A stretch of 64,000 nt of DNA, from positions 43,772,001 to 43,836,000 of the forward strand of contig CM059434.1 of NCBI GenBank assembly GCA_030390025.1, written 5' to 3'. Numbering within the stretch: the first letter of the stretch is position 1; every line of letters begins with the position of its first letter. This DNA is from Squalus acanthias. Its lineage: Eukaryota. Under the pieces are notes generated by a model. It had not been told where the DNA came from. It worked only from the letters and a program-made list of their open reading frames with translations, and ran no database searches. Positions 24,301 to 38,385 of this stretch are shown here, piece by piece. Position numbers and translations under genes: made by a program.

Positions 24301-27300
24301 AATGTACAATTCCCACTGAATTTCTGAAATAAAAGAATCATTATTTGCCGCAAAAGTTATTTAAATGTTATTGCAGTTTATCTACTCACTGACCGTCCCA
24401 CATCAAAGTGAGTACATAGGGTAGACAGGGATCACCAGCTGGATGGTTTTAATTTGAAATTGAAAAAAATCATGGGGAAAAGGACAATGACGTTTTAATA
24501 AGTGAGGGCTGCTGTGTTCACCATCAATGGAACATTAGTTTAAATGGTCACAGGACTTCTTCGAAGACACACAGCCTTGGTGCAATTTTTCTCCCCCATT
24601 AAAATCTCCCCACTTTGACCAGGAATATCAGAGAACATGGTGAGAGCAAAGTGTAAAACAGTAGTAGATTTGGAAAAAAAGAGAACATTTTAAGCTCATA
24701 TTATTTTTGGAAGTGGCGCAAAAATGCTACTGCTGTCCTCAAAGGGATAAAGTGGTGCTGTATGAGCAAGCTCTGAATTGTTGGTACAGCATTAAGTTCA
24801 GGAAATGCAGTGCTGGCTCCAGTACAGGTCTGGTATTTGTACCTGTCAAGCACGCTTCTATAGCTCTATCTATCTATCTAACGCTTTACTTTAGGTCTAT
24901 CACCCAACTGTACATCGTTCCATTCATCTGTTGGCCAATCTCTCTCTCTCTCCATACAGCTTTTGCTATGTATCTACCCTTCTCTTGCTATCTATCTCCC
25001 CTTCTTTCTCTTGCTATCCATTTGCCTTGCAATCCATCTTGTCCCCTCTCTAACCGTCTGTCTCAAACTAACTACCATTCCTGTTTGCTCAATACTTGTG
25101 TCTGCTTTCACTGACATCATTTTGTAGACTGATAGTAGCCTAGCTTAATGCAAATTACATATTTTAAAACAAAAATCAGTGCTCGGCCCATTACAATTTA
25201 GTATCTTCCTTCCCTCATAATAATATTGATTTCTGCTGGCATTTGTGTTCTAAGTGAGAAAATTGCTGGTTTTTTTCGAACTGGGTCGGACTATAGCAAT
25301 GCTTTGTGCTTTCAACGATTTGGAGGTGAAAACCTTTTCAAAGCTCCATTTTAATGCATCAGTAGAAAGGTATCTCTCCCACATTATAAGTTACTGAAAT
25401 AACGAGAACAAACTGATCATGGACTCTCAGCGCCTATCTCCTCTTTGATTTACTCTGGAGATCAATGTGTGCATGAAATAAGCTGTAGAAATGTTCAGAA
25501 TTCAGAATGTTCCAGCCACAGAATGTGGGCCTTTTCAAACAGCTGGTGTTTCCCATTAAAAAAGGGAAAGAGGCAGCAAAAGTTCGCTTTAATCCCCTTT
25601 TTTCTAAACATGCTTTTTTTTTGTTATGAGGCCAGGTGTTCTCACTTGCCTCTCACCACAAATGCCTTCCTCCAATTCAATGGGCAATCACACAAAGTAA
25701 TTGAGTCTATTTAGTACTGAACTCTAGATTTCAATGAACCTAAATACTAGCACTTCTGCGGACACCTAATGAAATAAGGACTGGGGCCTCAGATCTTCAT
25801 TATGCAAATATAAGGCCCAGTAAAGACTTAGGCATAAGTACATTGACTAACTCTTAAGATAGCAACAATACACAATCTGTTCTGTTCATCAAAATGGACT
25901 TAAAACAAATTAAAATTTGTTATACTTTTCCAGTATTTTAAATTGGAAACTATTTCAAAAGCGCAACAATCTATATATTTTTTTCGTTCACTTCCCTCTG
26001 CTCTTCAGTCTTGCTCACTGCTGCCTCTGCCATTTTCATTCTCTCCTTTAGCTGGTACTTGGTGAACTGCTACAACTGGCCAACAGGAGGCAATCTTTTA
26101 CAGGCAGGGAATGTTCCTGCTGCTTTTACCTCTGGTTTAAGACAGAAGCTCCTTCCACCTCCTTGCGGTATTTCACGGGTCTTATGATCTCGCTACAAAA
26201 TAGTGAACGAAGAAAATCTTTCCCTCACGATGTAGTCTCCTGCATATTTAAAACCAAATCCACTTTTTGTAAATCTAAACTCTGAGACAGACACCAAATG
26301 TGCCACTTGCTGTTTCGCATAACTTTATTCCGTGTGCATTTTTCAAACAACTATTGATGAAGTTAACGACAAACATACAGGAGCCTCGTATTACTTTGCG
26401 CACCCCCAGGGGAAGGTATGAGTGCCTAAAGAGTGGCGGGCTAGGAAGGGCTGCACAACAGTTTAAAAACTGTAAAAAGACGATTTTAATTTTGAATGCA
26501 GAAAGAGTGTTTCAAGAGAAAAAGTAGAGTGCTGCACAATTGCTTCCAAGAAATGTTTGGTATTAAGAAATGTTCTATGGTTCAGTACATTTTTTTCATA
26601 ATTCAGTATCAGAATTTTTTTTTTAATCCCAGCTGTCAGATAAAGTACAGCTGCATAGGTTCCTGTAAAAATTTGCTAACACTTTTTCCGATCCATTTTT
26701 GCTAAGGATTTTCTCTCATTCTTAAACTTTCTTTCCCTGTGCTGGGCACTATTCTCCAAGCAATGGCATTCTGCAGCAGCTGCTGGGTGGTTTGGATTTG
26801 ATTAGCTCAATCCACCCCCCCCCCCCTCTTTTACCTCCCTCAGATACTCGTATCTCAGATTGAGAGCCCGTTGGAAATGATGGGTTATTTTTGATCTATC
26901 TTGTGAACTCATAACTTGTTTGCAACATTTGATCACAGATGCTACAGACTCTTGTGGTTCTTTTAAAAGCTCTCTCCACCCAAAAAGGTTTTTCCAAAAT
27001 TGTTTTCATGAAGGCAGTTTCCCTGTAAACCATGATTCCAAAGGTGAAGGGCAGTTTTCTAACCTTGCACAGAAACTTCCTAAAGGCGCTGTTATAAGGA
27101 ACAGTATAAATGCTCTGCAAATCGTATAAGTCAAGAGTTCCAATTGGATTCTGAAACCATCCTAATCTTATTTGGCCCAGTGAGATATAGTAATATTTGA
27201 CAGAATTTATTATATGTTCAATAGTATCTCAGAGTATCTGTTACAAAAAATTATGAAGACCCAATAGGGCAATATTGGGATTTTTAATTAAGAATATATT

Positions 27301-28242
27301 CCATGAGTTTGAATGACAATAGGCTAGGAATTACTGTTGTTGATATTAGTGGGTAAACAGTTAACAGTTTGATATTTCTCTGTCTGCAATTTTGATGGAC
27401 ACGTTAACCCATTTGTTTTAAATGCTTCCGTTAAAATAGCGGATGTTATATGAATGTTTTTAGCTTTGATCTGCTAATATTACCAACAGTAATTGCCAGC
27501 TTAATATCACCAGCCAAAAGTCCTGGAAGCTCTTTGCCATGAGATTAAAAACAGTAGTTCACATTAATGTCCACAGAGGCGCTTTCCGGAACATCTTCAA
27601 ATCTGTGCTCAAAGACTAAGTTGAGAATTATACCATGGACATGCAACACTGTCATACTCTCACTAAAGAAAAACCTAGTGTAGTTCTCTAAGGCCTATGG
27701 TGCATGTGAACTGCAGGCCTTTCCCATTGAGGAGACAGCCTGCTTCATGCAACAACGCTCGTAAGATATCCTTGATTTAAAAGGCCACTGGGAAGTTAAG
27801 TCTACGCATTGCTGGATTTTGTTGCTAAATTGAACTATCAAAGCCTTTTCCTCCTTGTGGAATATGGCTTTGCAGATCGAGTGTGGTAGCCCTCTGTGTT
27901 GGAACTCTCCTTGAAAACAGCTGCTAAACCACGGCAACCAATTAGCCCTTCAGCATCACCTTCTCAATAATGCTTCCCCCAGATCTGGAGCTTTTAAATA
28001 GCTGCAGTCTCGGCCGCTTTGTTGGGCTTGGAAATTGCACACATATGAGAAAAATTAAGCTCTCATTTAACAGAGACACATGCCTGTCAAGTACAGAGGA
28101 ACAAAGGCTTGTCCCAGGGGCCTACTCAGTGCAGCAAGGCTGCCAGTCACACTGTTAGCGATGCTTACCCTTTACGTATTCTATGTAAAACTCAATAAAT
28201 CATTTCATCTGTTCTGCTCTGTTCCTGGTTTGTAAGCACCAG

Positions 28243-28393
28243 TGCATGTTTGTATGTGCGTGTGTGTGTGCATCTGTGCGTCTGTGCGTGTGAGTCTGTG
28301 CGTGTGCGTTTGTACGTGTATGTGCATGTGCGTGTGCGTCTGTGCGCGTGCTTCTGTGTGTGTGAGTCTGTGTGTGTGCGTCTGTGTATGTGT
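28243..28393 (+). repeat. Imperfect (TG)n/(TGCG)n microsatellite
   Basis: About 150 nt of alternating purine-pyrimidine sequence. Confidence 0.95.
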
Positions 28394-31300
28394 CCTTCTT
28401 CCAAGTGTTCATTCACCACCCCCGCCCCCCCCCACATGTGCCTTTAACCACTAGTTTAAAGTTGGGGTGAGAGGACGTAGATCCAGAGCTACTTGTTAAT
28501 TCAGCGGCAACTTGAATCAGCATATGGCTCCGGCTAGTACTTAATTCTATCTTCTTATCAGAAGCCACAGAGAATAAGCGAGGACTTTTTTTCCCTGCAC
28601 TGACAGCTGGAATCCTCGCGACAAGGGGAGCTGGAATAAAAAGAAGCTGGTACAGTGCAGTGTTCCCCCTGCACAGCAGGCAGAAGAGAAGCAGGTCTGG
28701 GTTTGATAAGTAAAACCAGATCTGCACAAGGAATCTGTGTTCAAGCCCTTACAATTAACAGAGAACACAGTAGAGTCTGAGTGTTTAGCAGAGGAGCGGT
28801 ACCACCACAGTTTCACATCTTGTTATATTAAAATCAATGGCACAGGGAGAAAGAATAAAAGACTCCTATATATATATACACACACACACACATGAATGCT
28901 ACCCATTTCCCTGTCTTTTCATATAATGTAGGATCACTCAGCAAAGTCACACCAGCAGGCAGAGGGCCTCTTCCGCCCTCAAGAGTGTTAAATTAAACAA
29001 AAGTTAATGGATAGAATAAATAGTGCAGGCACTGAATGGAAAAAATTAACTACTGCAAAACACTGGACCACATATCTACAGAACAAGTGGGATACGCAGT
29101 GATCATGAGGCGCTGATTTAATTCTGTGTTGGCTACTGCTGTTACCAAGTCATTTATTTTATTTGTACCACCTGTTTTTTTTTCCATTTTCCTACAATGC
29201 TTGTGCCCGTGTTTTTTTATGAATTTTCTTTAAGGAATGGTCATGCTTGCTGTTGCCATGGCGTTGACGGTACAACCTCATTGATGTGGTCATCTACTGT
29301 TGCCAGAGCCACTCAGGCAACTGTCAATCAAAAATAATCTTGGTTAAAAAATTAAACCACTGCCTAAATAAATCATTGCTTCCAGACACAAACAGGTGGT
29401 GGAATTTAAAATATCCTTCTTTCCTTGTTTTTGTTTAACACTTTGAGGCCTTTTTAGACCACAATGAAACACATAGCAAAGCTTGCGGTTTTAAAGTTGT
29501 TTACTCACAGGTGGTTTCCAAAAAGAAAAATAATCACTCCAACTAGGTGTTCACAAACTCTCCACTCTGATCTACTCAAGTGTCTGAGATTTTGTTCCAT
29601 TTCAATCTCTCTGGGTGATTTCTGTCCACTCCAGTCTCTCCAGATGGCCATGACTTCTCTGTACTCCAACCTCTCTGGGTGCCTGTCATTGCTTTTTACT
29701 CTAATCTCTCTGGGTGTCTATGATTTCTCTCCCCTCGGATTCATTCGGGTTTCTGTGAAGTTTCTCTGCTTTTATCCATTCCTTTCTGTATGAATGATAT
29801 CTCTCTTCTCTGGCACCCTGTCATATTCCTGAACTCAGGGTGATTGAATCCATTTGGGCTACGCCAAAATGTTTGACCAGAGTGGGCAGCTTTTGGTATT
29901 TTCTTTTCTGTTGTTATAGATGAAGTGGCTCAAACCCATAAAAGCTGAACTACAGACCATTACAATAAAGAATTAAGGGCACAGAACCAACACCAGAATC
30001 GAAGCAAGATGAAGTCTCCTCACTACACTCAACATTATTGACAGCAAAGAGAAAAATACAGTACTGTGTGATGCTGAAAATTTCAAACATAAAATTAGTG
30101 CTTCAAGAGGTTACTCTGAAACTCCTACTGATCTATCCAAGGATTTTGCTTTTTGCAGAAATATTGAAAATTAATGACCATAAAAGGCATTTTCTCCGAA
30201 TAAATAGTAACTGGGAAAATAAAGTGTATTTTAATGGTAAACAGTGTGTACTCTGTGAGTCTGAGCTGAAATCAAAGCTGTTTTGTAATGCACTCAATGA
30301 AAAATTGTGAGGAAGAAAACAAAACGTTCTCATGAGGTGTACACATGTTCTCCCAGCCCACCAACCATCAGCAAAGTACTCTCATTTCCCCCTTGCCCAC
30401 ATATTTAAAGCCAACTTGTCACATCTACTGAAGGAGAAAAATTAAAGCTGATTAATGTCAAATCAAATGATTGAGGCCTTTTAGGTCTTTTATCCAAATA
30501 AGTAGGAGCAGCTTGAATATATACAACTAAATTTGGGAGGCGGGGAATTTTATCCCACGGAGAACCATTGGATTTTAGTAATGACGTAATTATATCAGAG
30601 CTAAGGCTGCATTCAAATAATGGCTGAGTATATCTCTACAAGAGGGAAGCTATTCATTAGAGATAATCTTGAACAAGTTCCACTGTACATCCAAAAGGAC
30701 ACTGTTTAAACAACAACACCAACAATTGCTCGATTCACAATAGCCTCAGATATACTGGGCTTTTCTGACTCCTGCTGAAATATCACTTTGTGAAACACAT
30801 GCATGAACATTTGGTCAGCACCGCCACAAGATCGTTTTATGAACTCACAGCTCGTTTCATAGACTGCTCCTCATGTTGCTAACACATGCTATTCTGAGAT
30901 TTACTGGACTATAATTAGAAAAGCCATCTGAAGGAGCGACATGATTTTCAGAATGCTGGGGAAGCATTATTTGCCCAAGACCAAAAAAGTACATTATAAT
31001 TTTCAGTAACAAAAAAAAAGGAAAAGTAGATAGGCTGGTCCGGCCTGGGAAAGAGCAATTTCCATGTCATTCTTCATGGATGAGGGGTGCAGAAATGCGC
31101 TGACGTGACAAATTCAGACTCACAGCAACACACAGGTAAAGTGTCTCACTGCTCCTTCTTGAACAATTGGTAAGCAAAAAAGTATTGATATGGATCTCCC
31201 AAAATTGACTAATTTTCCTTATCAAAATGCCTTTGATATGAAATATAATTGACTTTTTAATCTTAAAGGAAAGAAATTACTGGTGGTGATATTGACGGAC

Positions 31301-32647
31301 AAACGATCAAAATATTTATCTGGCATTCTCTATTTACTTTAAATAGGTTAACACCCCTGCGAAACAAGCAGATAAAGGACTTCATGGAATGCGTTGGGCA
31401 TCATCTGCTAATATCGGCAACAGTAATATCTAGATCTTATAATCTACTTGTTTTTTTTCTCTCCTCACTTTGTTCTGGGTCAGTCCTACAAAGAAGATCT
31501 CCCCTAGTTTTTAAAAAAGGATTCCACGAGAAACGTTAACCTGTCTTTCTCTTTCAAACGCTGACTGTGTATTTCCGGCATTTTCTATTTTTATTTCAGC
31601 CTCCTAGCGTTTGCAGTTTTATTTTTTATCTCAGGATTCATCAGTGTTTAAATTGCATTTTATCAATCACTGCAAATTGTCTTGCCTTCAAAAAATAATA
31701 TCAGAGTGGTCCTGTTTCAGATGGTCTTCAAAAAGCTATGCTGTAAAAGGTCCCACTCATGAATGAGTGATACACAGTAAACCCTGAAATACTTTAAAAC
31801 AATCTGGAATGTAGCCTCAAAAACCATAATAGGATATGGTACAAGTGATTAAGTGAACCTTAACCCCACCCTACTGGTTACGCTCAAACTGGTGACACTT
31901 TATCTTATAATGAAGCACACCATTGCCATATGGCTGCTTATTAAATACAGAGACATTCTTTCTTCACTCTGAGTAAGCTGCACTTTCAGGCCAATAAAAA
32001 TTAAATTAACACAACGGTCTTTCAAACACCTTCCAGCCTTCTCAAAGAATTTCACTTTATTTGCTCAAAGATTTTAATGCTTTCAAATTAATTCAGATGC
32101 TGCAACTAAAGACAACAGATACTTTTTCCACCATTTCTAACAGCTCTCTGCACTGAATGATACTTCGGAAAGATTCTCTGTTAACAAACCAATTTAGCAC
32201 TTTGAGTACTTGGGAGGGGGTGGGGGGTGGGGGGCAACCATTTCAGTAGTGAGCTAATTCAAAGCAACATATAAAGCATAGGTACATATATTAGCCTCCG
32301 CCACTACCACTCCCCATCCCCTCATCCCAAATGACTAAAATCTGATCTTCTTATGAAAAGATGCATCCTCTTCTTGATGCTCACAATTTACATTTATAAT
32401 TTAAATGAAATGAGGTTTCAGTGACCTACTTGACCAAAGTGTCCTGAAAATTCATGAAGAAAATCTACTGATGAAACTTCGTCTAGGTATACTGTGTACT
32501 GTGGGGATAGAATTTCCACAGGGATTCCCCGATCTCCCGCCGTATCTTCCCCAGATAATCGGTGTAGAATTTCTGCAGGAGCTTGCCCAATCTTCAGCCA
32601 AAGTTACAGCGGACAATCAGGGGATTCCCCCAAGGAAATACTAATCT

Positions 32648-33017
32648 GTGGCCTCAAAGTGTCAGCTTGGCTCAGTTGATAGCACGGTCATCTCTGAATC
32701 AGAAAGATGACGGTTCAAGCCTCACCACAGGACTTGAGCACGTAATCTAGGCTGACACTTCAGTGCAGTGCTGAGGGAGTGCTGTATTATTGGATAAGAT
32801 GTTAAACCAAGGCCTGAGCAGGCAGAAGTAAAAGTTTTCATGCCATCATTTGAAGAAGAGCAGTTAGTTCTCTCAGTGCCCTGACCTTAAATAAATTGGT
32901 TGCATTTGGCTACATAAAAGTGATTGTATTTCCAACAAAATCCATTGGTTCTAAAGTGCTTTGGGTCATCCCGAGGATGTGGCAAATGCTACATAAATGC
33001 AAGTTCTTTCTTTCTTT
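32648..33017 (+). repeat. Deu-domain SINE with internal deletions
   Basis: ggctcagttgatagcac…ggttcaagcc…cagtgcagtgctgagggagtgctg…ataaatgcaagttctttc. Confidence 0.8.
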
Positions 33018-36000
33018 AATGTGTGAGCATTGCACTAATGTCAGGGTTTCTAGCCAGAACCTCATGATTAAACCAGTATGCATCTATGATGTGAGTGTAC
33101 TGCGTGGTTGCGCCAGTCTTTTCAACAGCAATAGATTTGAAGATTTAATCTACAAATTAAAGCTTCAGTTTTTAATTATCAATTTAACCTCTAGACATAT
33201 AAAAATCAAACATATTACCATACAAGAAATTATTCTAGAAATTACAGTTGTTGACATTAACTGATGAATGCTTAATGTATTTGTATGACATTCCTCTGTT
33301 CGCTATGTAAGTACAGGTGTTAACCCATTTAAAATAAATGGGCTAATGCCAGTATTAAAACAGAGGACAAAGGAACGTTATCCAAATATTTTCAGCTTTT
33401 GTAGACCAATATCACCAACAGTAATTCTCTAGGCCAGAGTCGCCAAAAATACATCCCGCAGGTTCTCCTGGGTCTAGGAATGTCATGAGCACCTTATACT
33501 TTTCCAAAAGAACCGACATTTCATTTGAAAAAGAGTCTTAATGATAAATGCTAATTGTTCAAGTTCTGGCTGATCTGCAATATCCATCTAATTATGACTG
33601 ATCACATATGAATAGATAGCCATGCCTGCCTGATCTATTTCTTAGCAACTGGCAGACCAGGGCCAATAAATTGTTTTGACATTGTGTCTAATGGCGATTA
33701 ATGTCCGGTATTATAAATCATGAATTATTAGGGATATTAACCCAACTGATTGATACAAGTGTGTTAATTACTAAAGTCCAAAAGGTCATCTTTGTGCATC
33801 CCCAGTATAAGTGCCCATGTCACCCTCATATAGCCAAGAAAGACTTGATAATCTCAGCCTCCTGGAGATCAACCTGCAGGACAAAAAGTTTTTTCAAATC
33901 TCCATAATCAATATAGCGACAGACTCACAATCAACCACCCTAGATGATGATTACACTCCCCACAACGTTATCCCATTTTTACATTTCCCCATATTCACTC
34001 CATCACGAGTGTGTGCTTTCCTTATTAGGTTGGCTAATTTCTCCTACTTCCACCCAGTCATGGGCACCTCATTTCCTCCATCTCCACTGTCATTGCAGGT
34101 GGAAATGTTTTCCTTATTTGCTATTTGTTTAGTAAAGAATTTCTGTCCTCATTCCAAAATCCTGCTGATGATGCCCCTTTAAGGGGTCATCAGTCCACGC
34201 CAATGACAACAATGATGGAGAATGGATCCAGCACACTCCAGACTCACCCAGCTGCACAGGTGAGCCAAGGGTAGAACACAGTTCCACTATTAGAACAACA
34301 AAAAAATTAGTTACAATGAAATCAAAATGTCCTAAGGGCATACTTATCTAACCTAGAGTTTGGTGTTCCAAGGAGAAACACACTGAAAATCATTTTACAG
34401 AGGCTGAATTACAGACGCAGTGGGCATAGTCTGACAGCTGCAAATACCATTCAGCACTTCAAAGGGTGAAAGCCATCTTCTATTCAATTAGCTGCCCTTT
34501 TGGTTAATGAGGGGTAGCCTGTTAAAAATAAAAGTTAAATATTGGACTTCCTTTTTTGAAAAAGGACGTCTCTTTTTAGTTAATGAAGGAGGAGGGCAGG
34601 GAGGAAAAACACATCCAGTGAGAGAAAAAAAGTAGTGTGTCTTTTTTTCTTTTTAAATTACAGCTATGAATTTGCAGATAATGTCTGTGAGGTTTACCTC
34701 AACAACAGCATGTAATGGGCCCAACCTATTTGTTCTGTTTAGATCTTCTGTCTTCTTTCAAAGACACATCAGACTCTTGTAGTGTGCCAATTGAAGTGTC
34801 AGATTTCCTTAGCCGAGTTGATTTGGAACGTGTACATTCCCTAACTGAGCTCGTAGGGAGGGTATCACTTACACGATAAATAACAAAAAAGGAATGGTCT
34901 CCAGAGTCAAAGAGAATAATTATAATTACTCTTGGGCTGCCCTTTCCCTGCCAAACACAGTACACAGACACAGCTCAATGACACAACAGTGTACATCAAG
35001 CACGCAACAGTGAGATTTAACTGGGCTTCCTACTGATCAAGCACCACAAAACAGAATAAACCATCTTACTCTCCATAGTCTTGTCATCTCACCTGCAATA
35101 ACTCATTTCCGTACCTTAACTTCAGTTGACTGGGGGAGTGATTACTGCGGCAACAGATAGTGTATAACAAACAGATTCTATAGAGACAGGAAGGCATAGT
35201 AAGATAAAGTAGGAACTCTGCAGCGAGGTCCAACCACATTCCTGTTCTTTTGCAGCCATCAGATTCGTGGCTGTAAAAATCAGAGCCTCACTAACTAGCA
35301 CAACAACGTATTTGAATGAAATGCTTTTGCACCTTTATATGCCCAGAAATATCGCTTCAGAATCTTTGATAACATAAAATACAAATACGATGCAAACATT
35401 ATTCCATTCATTTTTAATTCTCAACTTCTCCTTAATATATTCTTTTTTACTTCTTTTCTTTACCATGCAGTACTCTCCTCGCACTATGCAATATTCACCC
35501 CAGCCTAGCAGGTCACCTGCTCCCAAGTCTTTGCAGTTGCTTTTCATCCAGCTACTAGAAGATGAGTGAGAATGGCCTGAGGTGATGTGCCTTCTGATTT
35601 TGCCTCCCTCTCTGTGGGAGAATGTCTTGCTTATACTTCAAAACCCCATCCTCCATGCCACCATTGCTAAGCATCGATAACAGGGGTTAAAAGTGGGCCA
35701 GGATAATCCTGAACCTCTGTCCAGTTCTTGTTTCACTGGCTACTTTAAGTAGTTCTTGATTTTATCACAAGATTTTCAAGTTGGCTTTCTTTTTTATTGG
35801 TATTGGATAAAGAAAAGACGTTTGCATGCCTACTTCATTCCTAGTTCTTCTAACTTACCGTTGCATGCCCCTAGACCAGTGATTTCTTGTGTAGTTAAGT
35901 TTACCTTTTTAATCTCTTATCAGTTTTCTTTGTCTCTCCCTGTTCATTTTGCTGCTGAACCTTCCCACCTCGAATGCAGGTCTTGCCGACATTGTTACAG

Positions 36001-37974
36001 ATCCTGCTGGTCTAGTCCAACTTCTGGCAATCTTATTGCCTTTGCTGGTTTGTTACAGTTGCATCCAGCCTTACTGCAGCTCCTGCCAGCCTTAGTGCTT
36101 CTCTAATCCTGCTCCCAATCTTGTTGCTGTCGGTGTCGCAAAACAATTAGGCTGTGATTTAAAACCGGGCTAAAGGGTACCAATTCCTCTCCCTCCTCTT
36201 CTGTCCTCAAAGCATTTATTCCTTGCTCAGGTTCACTTCCATTCTAGTCTCCCTCTCTCGACCTTGTCCGAAGGATAGCAATCAGGAGGTGAAACCCCAA
36301 CCAATGTTCCTCTGCAACACACAAGAGTGCTAAGGCCAGTGGTAACATCCTCAATGCTGTCTTAGAACTAATTCGTCATTGACCATTAATCAAACCTGGG
36401 ACTCTTTCTTCATCCTTATGGTTCAGCTAATCATTGGATAAACTTGCTGAGCCATCGAGATAGTGATGCAGCTTGCATGCTGGCACTTGATGTTCCTGTA
36501 GTGCTGGCAATGGGGAAGGGGAATGTTGTGAGGGTGGATGAATATTGTTTTGTTTGATAACCTTTGGAGGACAGGAAGTATTTATAAAGAACTTTCTCCC
36601 ATGACATTAAGATCCATGATGGGATTAGGGTAGATTTTAAATGGTCTGTGGAAGGAGCCGCTATTTTCTTATTTCTAGCATCTCACCTCTCAGGTTAACA
36701 CATCAGTAACAAAAACAATGAACGGAATATTAAAAGCAATGACGAGTGAAGGGAGACATATAGTAAACTTGATAACTCATGAGCAAGTAGATGTTGCGCA
36801 TCAGCGTGTGTGAACTTCAATGAAGTACATGCTCAGAGAGCTATGAGAGTTGTTTTCTCTCCTCCTCTCTTGTAAGTGCTGCTGTTGCTGGAGTATGAAC
36901 CCACAGGCAACAGGAATGGAAGTCCTGGCTGATTTTTCCCTCCAGTACCTGAGCCAAATGGTTATTCTTCGCGAGGGAGCTTAGTTTGAGAGGCAGCCGG
37001 TTAACTTGGCTGTAGAGGGCACCACAACAAACCTAATCTTGTCCTCACCAACATGTGCACTGGATAGTGATCAGGAACAGGAACCCTGGCTGATTTTTTT
37101 CCCCTGAACACTAGAACGCTGAAGCCAACTGTAGCAACCCTGCCACTCCCAGCTGAGATCAGCTAGTTCAGCACGGAGTGAAGTCAAACCTGGGACCTTC
37201 CTGGGCCGGATGATTAAGCTGTAGATAGAAAAATGCCTTTACCAGCTGAGCAGCGAATTCCATGCAGCACAAGCTTTGTGGTGTAACAGGTTCTCATGAA
37301 GTCGACTTCTGCAGGTGGGACAAGGCTTGTCTCCTACATTAACTTCTAATCAGACCCATGAGAAGAGAAGACTCAGGACAACTTTTTTGTGTGGTCTAAT
37401 TAAAATAAAAAAATAATCACATAACACATCCATCTGTCCTTTTATTTAACAAGACTGGAGTAACTCACCGTGAACTGAAATACACAAAGAATTTGTTAAG
37501 AAATGTGTTTTACAGGTGTTAGTTTGCTAACTCCCAACAGATCCAGTATGTGTGAAAAGTGCCTCACACATTCCTGAAAAGTAATGCAAAAACTGAACAA
37601 ATAATTAGTGTTGTAATTTGCAGAAAATTTGGATTCTTTCATTTGTTAAAAAGGACCTGAGCAGAATTTGTTTTAAAATAAAACGTGTCATTTGAACAGC
37701 ACATGTGCCGCAGACCTGGTAAGCAAAGCAAAGCAGAAGATAGCGGCGCATTTTAATTTTTTGTCTGCTAGGGACTTTGCCTGAAGTTTTTCAAGTTATC
37801 TAATCAAAAGACCTTGCTGTGTAAAAAAAAGATAACTCACGGTGAGAGAGTTTTAAGTGTTTTAACATCAGAACACCAAAATACTCATCTCACTTTTTAC
37901 TTGGTCCATTGTTAATTCAGTTCTTAATCTAGAAGGATCTTCATTTATACATTGATTTCCTCACTCAATACACA

Positions 37975-38385
37975 TTCTATACGTTCCCTTGTTCTGCAGA
38001 CTGATCCCTCCGTATGCTTCCCTCTGTCATAGACTGCTCTGTCCCTAGAGTTTCCCCTGTACCATGAACTCATTTTTCCATTTGATTCCCCCATTGCAGA
38101 GACTGCTCCGTCCACATGGTTCACCTCTCCCCCTGCCATGGACATTTCTGTGCATACAGATTCCCGTGAGCTACAGATTGCTCCGTCTATACTGTCTCCC
38201 GTGCCACAAAGTGCTTTCTCCATACAGTTCTCATCCATTTTGTGGACTGCTTGATTCCGATGGATGCAGGGGGAGACCATATCGATGAATTAGTCTGGGA
38301 CATAGGGCCAGTACGGGACTACTTTGCTCCCTCCATATGCTTCCCCTGGCCACAGATCATTCTGCCCATACAACGTCCCCCTCAC
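37975..38385 (+). repeat. Degenerate minisatellite, ~34-bp period
   Basis: Recurring unit resembling cagactgctccgtccatacagttccccgtgcca (e.g. near 37997, 38031, 38100, 38174, 38208). Confidence 0.65.

Noticed and set aside
28192-28454. His/Thr- and Cys/Val-rich ORFs
   Set aside because: Translations of a TG microsatellite.
35115-35270. Possible extra minus-strand SoxD exon (tttttacag…aag|gtacgg, ending STEVK like SOX6 VTQVK)
   Set aside because: The phase-0 frame required after the Q-box exon contains TAA and there is no other SoxD similarity; at most a pseudo-exon.
37975-38385. CRISPR-like array
   Set aside because: Eukaryotic context; units are contiguous and degenerate with no unique spacers or cas genes.
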